A stretch of 64,000 bases of DNA from a virus, in IMG/VR virus record IMGVR_UViG_3300031841_003798, positions 11,590 through 75,589 of that record, one strand, 5' to 3'. The notes beneath the pieces are model-generated. The model ran no database searches, was not told where the DNA came from, and saw nothing but the letters and a program-made list of their open reading frames with translations. Below are positions 52,701 to 59,628 of the stretch, one piece after another (within the stretch, counting starts at the first letter, position 1; every line of letters starts with the position of its first letter). A program made the translations under genes and the position numbers.

Positions 52701-52935
52701 TTTGTGGAATGGTATTGTTGTAGTTGCCAATGATGTACTTGTACATCCCCGTAGGGGCGTAAATGGAGTCACAAAACTCGCCGGGACCATCACCTGTTTC
52801 CGCTTGAACTGGGTAGGTGTCTCCTACTCCATCCCAGAAACTATTAATATTTAATGCGCAAAGATCAGGAAGAGGTTGTGCCGTTGCGCCGAAAGTCAAG
52901 AATAGCGCAATGCACCCCAAGAATAAATTCTTCAT
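49762..52935 (-). CDS. Large secreted protein with dockerin/EF-hand-like repeat (paralog 1, most divergent)
   Basis: Signal peptide MKNLFLGCIALFLTFGATA|Q; GDFNTDGNITTSDMLVLLSFFG and LDYNNDGVIGQADLLGFLSNFG; NNGKLLIEPGGEVVL matches NAGTINIEEGGSLTF of the paralogs. Confidence 0.8.
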   Translation of the reverse strand: MKNLFLGCIALFLTFGATAQPLPDLCALNINSFWDGVGDTYPVQAETGDGPGEFCDSIYAPTGMYKYIIGNYNNTIPQSWSDDQIYGLLGTGAINGIPGGTYLTASVLETRISVIEDVFQYYENPVMTLNSGNWLFDRVYIDGGTTLRVKAGARVEIKNALHLANNGKLLIEPGGEVVLKHTAAGQAIIDNDFGEIDGKITRQVLVSFDNYTAIDEADGDVLKFLVNSSLASINLDDMVRQIQDSLAVLGVKPTVQVGWWSEIDETDGYGYIADHSYHNSLSSSAALNTNLHSGEVVRDYNNFVANPAADFYNPAIFYNQYDPSYGVRIIPVYDSGNNTVSDLVGNAQVAALTGGVTTATEAEQDALATTPDDMFDPLIVNVQGANNAVASMVIEVTGTWKSQAVVGITDEAFDTNNAPEYPAELSVYFENAATILNTPTTISYASDIYSQQGGTTTDSYRNIDFTGLGMIHQFDGSQVDMSKVVTLVKNFSPRSARTFYDIKPLVSFMPERLYVADPVTGYSYNALSGLSYPRKVADYLDFYDHENEVWRTIDLYNIDGMTHSEAIGDTLEPWDVVGFNHVNHYNIGDYDGGTLNLFSNSIKVDHSYTNMGGLASIVTADTTVYANDPIVRSYDIKSDVYDLNRRSILDYAAGKGVNNYPCNGSDNCEFDMAALDAMDEFTLLRLNARTATDTITLAYLPLAFGPEYSGGALGYLDAFEYSIAPDPAMYLLRQEDGQVGELMFGSYSRNVTDPSDTLYLVVDFDAFNFDLDGTSVLEYYIDSPIGQHPQLSWPAWWHIKAFNPGQNTQRIDPPNFKMPVTNTANTYPAPLNVGGTEDFNGDLIELHIRPTYGDFNTDGNITTSDMLVLLSFFGTTVNDNNMYLDYNNDGVIGQADLLGFLSNFGLSYPDDVYGSDDYMSPEQERIAYFATKKDNTHNAYDWRDYPGFSVQQQAYISTCVIRGNYVITDEYGTIVHGGSIQSSADNNIRLPSVLPTSAQLEASGTGNTLASPVGYQIHLFLDYYLDLPGLSTPVNYLCLGSNKPNDPFTTVPLFTGY

Positions 52936-53007
52936 AATTGATTAGGGTAGTATGCGCTCTTTAATGTAACGCATACCACCCATAAATCAAATTAATCCCT
53001 ATGCCTG

Positions 53008-53250
53008 TCAGTCTCTTCCGTCAGACAAATAATCGATATCAAACTCTACTTCTTCCCTTTCTCCTGACAGCACAGTCTTCTCTATAAGTGCTCTACTGTC
53101 CTCTTCTATCATAGCTTTCGCTGACTCTTCGTTGTACGCTTCAATCTGTGTAGTCAATGTGTATGTTACAGTGACTCTAAGATCTGCGGTGTACGTAGTT
53201 GTATCTGACTCTTCTGGTTGTAAATAGTTATCTGCTCTCATTTTTCCCAA
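53008..53250 (-). CDS. Small acidic hypothetical protein
   Basis: 80-aa ORF overlapping the polA stop; IEAYNEESA motif. Confidence 0.6.
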   Translation of the reverse strand: MGKMRADNYLQPEESDTTTYTADLRVTVTYTLTTQIEAYNEESAKAMIEEDSRALIEKTVLSGEREEVEFDIDYLSDGRD

Positions 53251-55130
53251 GCATTTGCTGTTGTGGTATCAGCCTTAAGTAATCCATTGGTAATGATAGA
53301 CTTACCCGCGGCTTCCATGTGGTGAGTGATACGACGTGTGTAGTAGTCGATAGTATGCGTCTTGACGATGAAGTCAATCTGATCGTGTACCACCATGACC
53401 ATACGTATGTCGTCTTTGTTTTGAAACTCTTGGCGACAACGGACCATAGCTTCTTTAGTCATGTCACCTGCAGTACCTTGAATGGGTGTGTTGCGTGACA
53501 TGCGGTCAATCTTGCCCATGTCGGCCTTGTCTGTGGCCCGACCTCTCCACTCGGGGAAGTATCGAATACGACGATACGGATCCATCGTACGAATGAATCC
53601 ACGTTTCTTGCCGTCGTTGGCATTGCCGTCAAGAAAGGCTTTAATAGACGGAAACACTTCAAAGTACTTATTGATAAGACTAGATGCCTCATCCAAGCTA
53701 ATTTGAAGCTGATTGGCCAGCTTGTTCGGGCCCATACCGTAGGCCAGGCCGAAGTTAATGCTCTTTACTGCTGTCCGAAGTGTTTTGTGCTCTGCACACG
53801 AACACTTTTGTTTGTCTTGTAGGTAAGCGCAACCTGGTTCCGCTGCCTGTTGCCAGGTATTACCGTAGACGAGATCCGCACAGACTGAGTGGAGATCTTC
53901 TCCTCTTTCGAGGGACTCGAGCCAAACAGGATCTTGCGAACCGAACGCAATAATGCAGAGTTCCTGAGACGAGAAGTCCGACGAGATGTACGACCACCCG
54001 TCAGGGCATATAAAGCAGTTCCTATATTCATTGTTAGCTGGTATTTGTTGCATGTTAGGGCTAGAGCTAGATACTCGACCCGTTCTTAGTATCTGTTGAA
54101 AGTGGGTGTGCACCTTGCCGTCACTACATACATACTTGTCTAACCATTCTTGACCGAATGCACTAGACAGCTTGGAGTTCTCCCTGTATGTAATGTAGTG
54201 TTTAATCAGCTCATGGTCATTGTAGTGAGCCAATGCAAGATTCTTGGTGTCGCAACTTTCAAGCTCAGGAACAATCTCTTGCAAGATTGGTAACACCTGT
54301 TTAGGGCTAGTCCAGTTGATCTCAACAGAATCAAGAAGTGCATCCTCATCGCTTGCAAATAGCGAAGTTTGATATACATTAGGTACGAAGGCTTTAAAGC
54401 GTTCATCAGATAAAACTATATGACTCAGTGTAACTCTTGCATCCTCAGCCTTTTGGGATGCACTCTCTGCAAGGGCTAACCAAGCCTCACGGTCTACAAG
54501 CATTCCGTTGTACTCAATGTCACCGAATGCTAGACACGCCGCATTCTCAAGTTTAGCGCACTGCATGAGATCGGATTGCTTAAGATGTTCTATCTGTTTC
54601 TCGCGTATGCTTTCGAGATATTGAACATCCTTGGCAGCGTATAGAATCTGATCATTAGTAAACTCAGTCTGACCTGCATTAATAAAGCTGGTCTGCTGTT
54701 CTTTACTCATGACCTTGTTTTCATATCGTTCAACCAATGAGTTGAGCCTGTAAAAACCTTGTGGTGTCTTTTGGCCGTTGTTCAAAAGCTTCTCGATAAT
54801 CATGGTATCCCACACGTTATTGAGTACGATACCGTTTTTCTTCAAAAACTTGTAGTCAAACACTGCATTGTGCAGGATCTTGATAGCCTTGCTTTGTAAT
54901 AGCCATTTAATTACTTCCCATTTGTTGTTGCGTACATCAAATACATATTGATGCTCTGGTGTACCAATCTGGATAAGCAAGAGCTTATCATCTACATGGC
55001 TGAGCCCGGTGGTCTCGCAGTCAACCTGCAAGTAGATCTCGTTGCATAAACGCTCATACGCGTGGGCAGGAGTAATCGAACGAATAGTATCTGTGTCTAT
55101 TCGCTGTTGCTGTGAAATGAAATAAATCAT
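53238..55130 (-). CDS. polA: Family A DNA polymerase with 3'-5' exonuclease
   Basis: DCETTG, HNAVFD, YAAKDV exonuclease motifs; TGRVSSSSPNMQQIP, SDFSSQEL, RTAVKSINFGLAYG, NTPIQGTAGD, VHDQ. Confidence 0.95.
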   Translation of the reverse strand: MIYFISQQQRIDTDTIRSITPAHAYERLCNEIYLQVDCETTGLSHVDDKLLLIQIGTPEHQYVFDVRNNKWEVIKWLLQSKAIKILHNAVFDYKFLKKNGIVLNNVWDTMIIEKLLNNGQKTPQGFYRLNSLVERYENKVMSKEQQTSFINAGQTEFTNDQILYAAKDVQYLESIREKQIEHLKQSDLMQCAKLENAACLAFGDIEYNGMLVDREAWLALAESASQKAEDARVTLSHIVLSDERFKAFVPNVYQTSLFASDEDALLDSVEINWTSPKQVLPILQEIVPELESCDTKNLALAHYNDHELIKHYITYRENSKLSSAFGQEWLDKYVCSDGKVHTHFQQILRTGRVSSSSPNMQQIPANNEYRNCFICPDGWSYISSDFSSQELCIIAFGSQDPVWLESLERGEDLHSVCADLVYGNTWQQAAEPGCAYLQDKQKCSCAEHKTLRTAVKSINFGLAYGMGPNKLANQLQISLDEASSLINKYFEVFPSIKAFLDGNANDGKKRGFIRTMDPYRRIRYFPEWRGRATDKADMGKIDRMSRNTPIQGTAGDMTKEAMVRCRQEFQNKDDIRMVMVVHDQIDFIVKTHTIDYYTRRITHHMEAAGKSIITNGLLKADTTTANAWEK

Positions 55131-55576
55131 AAGTCTATAGCTCTACGATCCTCCGCAGGTTTGTCTACAGAAATAATGTATTGCCACCCTGCTGGCGCAT
55201 ATGGATCTTGACTGTTGATGGGGTAACTGTACATATTCCAGAAATAGTACTTGTAGCCATCACTTGCTGTAACAGTGTAACGAAACTTACCGTCAATATT
55301 GAAGTCCATGGGTCGAGCAGTAATTTCTGCCCACTTCATAAGTGCAGCAGACTTGCTGTCGGTAACCCACAAATAGTCGTCAGGGCTTTCATACCAAGTA
55401 CTGCACTCCAGGGGATCGGAGAACTTGTATTGGCCCATAGGTACGTAGTTGGCGTCTACGTATGCAGGGCAGGGAGCCCTGTGAATGTAACATGAACTCA
55501 GTAGGCAGAGGAGTCCAAGGGAATAAGTTGCTTGAGCTCCCAAGCGAACTTTTGTCTTACGTCGAATGATGGACAT
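55127..55576 (-). CDS. Predicted lipoprotein overlapping the amidase 3' end
   Basis: Basic n-region, LGLLCLLSSC lipobox, CY....CPAY; ATGA overlap with polA. Confidence 0.6.
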   Translation of the reverse strand: MSIIRRKTKVRLGAQATYSLGLLCLLSSCYIHRAPCPAYVDANYVPMGQYKFSDPLECSTWYESPDDYLWVTDSKSAALMKWAEITARPMDFNIDGKFRYTVTASDGYKYYFWNMYSYPINSQDPYAPAGWQYIISVDKPAEDRRAIDL

Positions 55577-55962
55577 GCTTTGTTGCTAATATCGTTATGG
55601 CCGATCACCTTGAGCGGCTGCTGTAATACTGTGCCCAAGCCCATGATAAGGCTGGACATGCTGTCTTGCTGATCAGAAGTTAGTGTATCCTTTGGTTTTT
55701 TGTTGTCTGCATCCATACCGCCTGCATAGCAGATACCCACAGAAGAGAAGTTGTTTCCCTTAGCGTGTGCTCCAATTTGTTCAAGTTCGCGGCCTTTCCA
55801 GATAACACCTTGAAGATCAATAAAATAGTGGTATCCAATCATGTCCCAGCCGCGTTTGCGATGCCATCGGTCAATGTCAGTAACCAAAACTTCACGACCC
55901 TCTGGCGTTGCAGAGCAGTGAAGGATAATAGTGTTGATGTTGGAGAGTAGTCGTCGTGCCAT
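55498..55962 (-). CDS. N-acetylmuramoyl-L-alanine amidase (Amidase_2, T7 lysozyme-like)
   Basis: IILHCSAT, GYHY, GAHAKGNN..SVGICYAGG, GHND...KACPSFDV. Confidence 0.92.
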   Translation of the reverse strand: MARRLLSNINTIILHCSATPEGREVLVTDIDRWHRKRGWDMIGYHYFIDLQGVIWKGRELEQIGAHAKGNNFSSVGICYAGGMDADNKKPKDTLTSDQQDSMSSLIMGLGTVLQQPLKVIGHNDISNKACPSFDVRQKFAWELKQLIPLDSSAY

Positions 55963-56255
55963 CAGTAGATGAATGTTGCTGTTGTGTCAAGACAGTCGTT
56001 GGTCCAGTTGTCACCTTGGACTAATAGGCTGTCGTAGTTGTACGTTTCGTAAGTAATAGATTGATTGTCGACTTGATCACGAAAGCATGCAATGCAATCG
56101 TCACAAGATTTGTAGTCGCATTGGTACCAGCCATGGTAGTATGCGATGCCATCGTCGTAGCCCCACACGTACACATCCATCTGGATGGTAGGTCCGCTGC
56201 ATGCAGTAGGAGTTAGGAGAAGCACAGGGAGTGCAAGGGTCACACGAGAGAGCAT
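55962..56255 (-). CDS. Predicted Cys-rich lipoprotein
   Basis: MLSRVTLALPVLLLTPTAC lipobox-like; C...C..C..C; TGATG overlap with the amidase start. Confidence 0.55.
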   Translation of the reverse strand: MLSRVTLALPVLLLTPTACSGPTIQMDVYVWGYDDGIAYYHGWYQCDYKSCDDCIACFRDQVDNQSITYETYNYDSLLVQGDNWTNDCLDTTATFIY

Positions 56256-56335
56256 ACCAGGGCTGCGATGATAGTGAAGTACGCCGCGATTGCAGTGTCA
56301 ATCCACGGGAATTTGAAAGGCTTAGGAGGTTCCAT
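56240..56335 (-). CDS. 31-aa single-TM peptide (MEPPKPFKFPWIDTAIAAYFTIIAALVCSLV), not in ORF track
   Basis: Translated by hand; overlaps the next start; hydrophobic C-terminal helix. Confidence 0.4.
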   Translation of the reverse strand: MEPPKPFKFPWIDTAIAAYFTIIAALVCSLV

Positions 56336-56452
56336 GAGACTAATGTAAGTACCGTCGTTGCAACGGAGGTAAGGGAAGGGAAACGATGTGTTAAGCAAGG
56401 GACAATTATTCTAATGAATAGTTGCCCCTTGCCACACAAAACACGCTCGATA

Positions 56453-56965
56453 TCAGCTCACGTTGAACTGAATGCGAATCTCAACGTCCCCGGCTTTGAT
56501 GTCGAGGAACGCCAAGTTGTTACCCCCCTTGGTAACGTCGATAGTTTCTCCATCGAAAGCTTCGTCGATACGGGGGGACTTGACTTGAATCACATCGGTC
56601 GATGCGATATCAGGATGTTTATAGAGTCCAAGCTCTTCTATTGCAAGGGCACTAGGTTGAGTTCTCTTGGATGCTAGCCTCAAGGAATCACCATAGCCCG
56701 CGTTGGCTCGCCAACGACAAGACTTGAGGTCATATCGGACTTTCTCATTCCGACCACCAGCGTCACCGTTGCGCCGATAGAACCATGAGGTAACAGTATT
56801 AACAGGTAGCTCAAACCCATACATCTTGCACACTTGTTCAGCTGCAGAGTTTAAGGTCATGACATCGTTGGTGTACAACAGTGATGAGATGTACATGTGA
56901 ATCTCTTGTTGTAGCTCGGCACTAAGCTTGCCGATCATTTTAGCTTGTTTCTGATAGGGAATCAT
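56453..56965 (-). CDS. Hypothetical protein
   Basis: Start revised to MIPYQKQ (56965), after an A-rich leader and downstream of the hairpin at 56996-57024. Confidence 0.6.
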   Translation of the reverse strand: MIPYQKQAKMIGKLSAELQQEIHMYISSLLYTNDVMTLNSAAEQVCKMYGFELPVNTVTSWFYRRNGDAGGRNEKVRYDLKSCRWRANAGYGDSLRLASKRTQPSALAIEELGLYKHPDIASTDVIQVKSPRIDEAFDGETIDVTKGGNNLAFLDIKAGDVEIRIQFNVS

Positions 56966-56995
56966 AATGTTTTGTATTAGGCATAGCTGTACTAA

Positions 56996-57024
56996 GGGGG
57001 AGCCGTAATGCGGTGGGCTCCCCC
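56996..57024 (-). terminator. GC-rich hairpin, possible terminator
   Basis: GGGGGAGCC...GGCTCCCCC inverted repeat after the DUF1281 gene; the U-tract is weak. Confidence 0.45.
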
Positions 57025-57053
57025 CGTTCCAGTCTCTGCCATGGAGATATATT

Positions 57054-57722
57054 TTAAGCAGCCATCTCAGACTTGATATGCTGCTTAAGCTTGTTAATCG
57101 TTTGCTTGTCGGCAAACTTCTTGGCAAGCTTAAGAATAGACTTGAGGTACTCGATGTCCATCTCGTACATCAAGCCAAGGAAATGGTCTTTACCAAAGAC
57201 TTCGTATACGCCTCGGTATACATCTTCGCCTTCGTAGTCTTTTATCAAGTTCGTTTCACCCTTGATAATGGTGGCCTGTCCGCAATAGAACAGGCCTTCG
57301 TCCAAGTATTTAAGTTGGACATCAATGTCGTATTTAGCACTGAGCTTTAGCATGGCAGGAATGCACGGAGACCACGCGGTGTCCCACTTGCATGTAACAA
57401 TACGGCTAGCATCAAAGCCAGCATGTGCTGCTACGATGTCTGTCTGTACATCTCGTATGTGATATACATCCCACTTAGTACCCCAGCCTTGTAACCGGTC
57501 TTCGTACCAGCGAGGCATGCCTGCTTCTTTTAGTACAGGGTGCTGTGCTTCTTGGTTATCGTCAGCAGAACGATCAGCGGGGTCACCGATACACTCAGCC
57601 AGAAAACCGCGCTTGCTATTGCCGGGTTCATCGGTAGCATAATCGCTGAGGTTAGAATAGATAGTATCCATAATAGGCAGCGAGCCTTGCAGATGTACCT
57701 GTGTGTATGTATGATTTGGCAT
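57054..57722 (-). CDS. DUF1281 / YubB ferredoxin-like protein
   Basis: MPNH start, WY..R..GWGTKWD, WDTAWSP, Y.DEG..YCG. Confidence 0.75.
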   Translation of the reverse strand: MPNHTYTQVHLQGSLPIMDTIYSNLSDYATDEPGNSKRGFLAECIGDPADRSADDNQEAQHPVLKEAGMPRWYEDRLQGWGTKWDVYHIRDVQTDIVAAHAGFDASRIVTCKWDTAWSPCIPAMLKLSAKYDIDVQLKYLDEGLFYCGQATIIKGETNLIKDYEGEDVYRGVYEVFGKDHFLGLMYEMDIEYLKSILKLAKKFADKQTINKLKQHIKSEMAA

Positions 57723-57818
57723 CTATTAGTAATTATCTGTAATGAAATGATAGATGGCAGAACCCGTGGAAACTGCCAGCAAAAGGGAAGAGGGTTTTTG
57801 TTTTTCTATCAGTTAAGC

Positions 57819-58295
57819 TCAGACGTCGAGCTTAGCCTTCTTGGTCTCAGTGACCTTCTCGCCGGTAGCCTCGACAACGTCGATAGGCAGGGCGAACTCG
57901 CCAGCGAGAGTGAAGTTGTCCCAACGGAGCATGGTGTCCATGGACTTAGCCCACGTGGGGCTATCGATCGTGTCGGGCACGAAGATAGTGGCACGATTGT
58001 AATCGTTGCCATCAATCTCGTACGGCTCAACGTCAACAGTCATCGGCGTGCCAATGACAGGCTGTCCAACCTTGTGGCTGAAGATGTGATTCCAGGGAGA
58101 GTCTACACCGTCCTGCCAGGAATTGACAGTAAAGGTGCGGCCTGCGCCTGCACACACTTCAGTCTCACCACTGAGGGGATTCTGTCGGGACACAGCAGCA
58201 ACTGCTTGGATTCGGAACGTTGCGTACGTGTTGCCGCTGCGGTCTTCTTTGTTTTCACTGCGGTCGGTAATCTTACAAAAGTATTCGGTAGCCAT
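57819..58295 (-). CDS. Hypothetical protein (possible OB-fold)
   Basis: 158 aa, biased codon use, long A/C-rich leader; beta-rich pattern. Confidence 0.65.
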   Translation of the reverse strand: MATEYFCKITDRSENKEDRSGNTYATFRIQAVAAVSRQNPLSGETEVCAGAGRTFTVNSWQDGVDSPWNHIFSHKVGQPVIGTPMTVDVEPYEIDGNDYNRATIFVPDTIDSPTWAKSMDTMLRWDNFTLAGEFALPIDVVEATGEKVTETKKAKLDV

Positions 58296-58413
58296 AATTC
58301 TACTTGTTCTAAAGGGTTGTTTGTTTGTTGTTTGTTTGCCTATTGAGGATGGCAGTCCTATACACAGAGAGCTCTATACGTCAGGGTTAGTATAGTTTTG
58401 TAACGAAGAGCTG

Positions 58414-58701
58414 TCAGGGTGATGGTTGTGCAAGCATACGCATCTGCGTAAGCATAATAAGATTAGCTATGTTAGCGCATTGCTCGTATTCTTCAGCGTA
58501 TTCACAGATTTGAAGAGCCTGTTGTAAAGCTTCTTCCCATCTGTTCATGTGATACACGACATTAAAACGTCCACCTAGTTCGATAGACGTTTGTCCTTTT
58601 TCGAGACCGTGTGTAATTGCAGTGATTAGTTTCTTAGACCAGTCAAGTGCAATTGCATCAGGTTGAATATCACGGATAGGTTGGTCACTCATTGTCGTCA
58701 T
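58414..58701 (-). CDS. Hypothetical protein with UVR-like C-terminal helix pair
   Basis: LQQAL...EYAEEYEQCANI. Confidence 0.55.
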   Translation of the reverse strand: MTTMSDQPIRDIQPDAIALDWSKKLITAITHGLEKGQTSIELGGRFNVVYHMNRWEEALQQALQICEYAEEYEQCANIANLIMLTQMRMLAQPSP

Positions 58702-59182
58702 CTGCAGGTGGGATAGGATTTAGGAATGTGTCACGAAGCGTGTTGAACAAATCAGTAGACGGAGGAACTTTATTGTCTTCTGATTTTGCTTGTGATTCAT
58801 ACCACTCATCTAAGTCGTCAGATGTAATCTCATTTGCAGGATCAGGTGGACTAGTCATGTAAGCAATCTGCTGCTCAAGACCGTCCATAGCACGAGTGAG
58901 TTTGTTCATCTCTTCAAGTAATTGTTGCTTACCGTGGTACATGTCTTCAACAGTACTCTTAAGGTTAGCATTTACCGATTGAAGTAAAGCCACTTGTTTG
59001 CCTGCACGATGCAAGTCAGATCGAAGGTTATCATTGTCATGATAAACCTTAGACATCATCTCGTTTAAGTCCTGCCAATCAGCACGTTGAGAGACTTCAT
59101 AGTTTGTACGCCGTTGTAAGGCTACGGCTAGCCAGATTAAGGCAGCAATGCTACCGATCATAATGATATACTCTGGAATCAT
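58685..59182 (-). CDS. Membrane-anchored coiled-coil protein
   Basis: N-terminal TM (YIIMIGSIAALIWLAVAL) followed by heptad repeats. Confidence 0.65.
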   Translation of the reverse strand: MIPEYIIMIGSIAALIWLAVALQRRTNYEVSQRADWQDLNEMMSKVYHDNDNLRSDLHRAGKQVALLQSVNANLKSTVEDMYHGKQQLLEEMNKLTRAMDGLEQQIAYMTSPPDPANEITSDDLDEWYESQAKSEDNKVPPSTDLFNTLRDTFLNPIPPADDDNE

Positions 59183-59204
59183 TCTGTATGTAATTAAAGG
59201 ATGT

Positions 59205-59228
59205 TATTTCTCGTTATTGTTTTCACTT
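59205..59228 (-). promoter_or_regulatory. 24-nt repeated upstream motif
   Basis: AAGTGAAAACAATAACGAGAAATA, 22 nt before ATG 59182. Confidence 0.65.
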
Positions 59229-59339
59229 TAAGTCGTTGGACAGATTAGCACGGGCAGAACTACATAACTGCCGGAACCAAATTGTGCTTAACCTAAGTCA
59301 CGATGCTGTAGTTTTTGTTTTGTGCTGAAGGCTAACGTT

Positions 59340-59609
59340 TTAGCCTGAAATGTTGTGGTAAATAGCTTCTTTGTTAATCTCTTCACGCAGATCGATGTAA
59401 CGACGACGCACCTTGCGGAATGCTGCTCTGAAGACTTTGTCGTTCTTGTGCTTGTGCACCTGATCGCGCATAGCAACATAGCGTGATGCGATTGCAAGAA
59501 ACTGACCGTACTTGTCAGTAAAAGACGTGCCCTTCTTACGGCAGTAAGAAATGCATCGCTTGAGAGCGTCGATTCCGACGTTCTCGATAGGTTCTAGTTG
59601 GTTTCTCAT
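59340..59609 (-). CDS. Basic hypothetical protein
   Basis: 89-aa ORF, Arg/Lys-rich helical. Confidence 0.6.
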   Translation of the reverse strand: MRNQLEPIENVGIDALKRCISYCRKKGTSFTDKYGQFLAIASRYVAMRDQVHKHKNDKVFRAAFRKVRRRYIDLREEINKEAIYHNISG

Positions 59610-59628
59610 AGTTTCTGATTATTTAGTA

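Noticed and set aside
42879-52935. Diversity-generating retroelement or transposon origin for the paralog trio
   Set aside because: No reverse transcriptase, transposase or integrase, and no near-identical TR/VR nucleotide repeat or terminal repeats seen; similarity is at the protein level.
37281-55130. Inteins or group I/II introns in primase, DnaB, SF2 helicase or PolA
   Set aside because: All have normal lengths with contiguous motifs; no homing-endonuclease or intein splice motifs seen.
31347-57127. ORF-track N-terminal extensions (starts 32429, 36843, 37336, 38698, 57127; also 3459)
   Set aside because: They run through upstream genes or terminators; internal ATGs give standard coupling and sensible N-termini.
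58310-58340. (TTGT)n microsatellite-like tract
   Set aside because: Short; reads as an A/C-rich unstructured leader (CAAACAAAC) before ATG 58295, expected for Bacteroidota-type translation initiation.
57540-58346. 268-aa plus-strand ORF and similar antisense ORFs (e.g. 33118..33540, 35747..36277, 38882..39394, 21927..22430)
   Set aside because: They are shadows of well-supported genes on the opposite strand and have no recognisable motifs.
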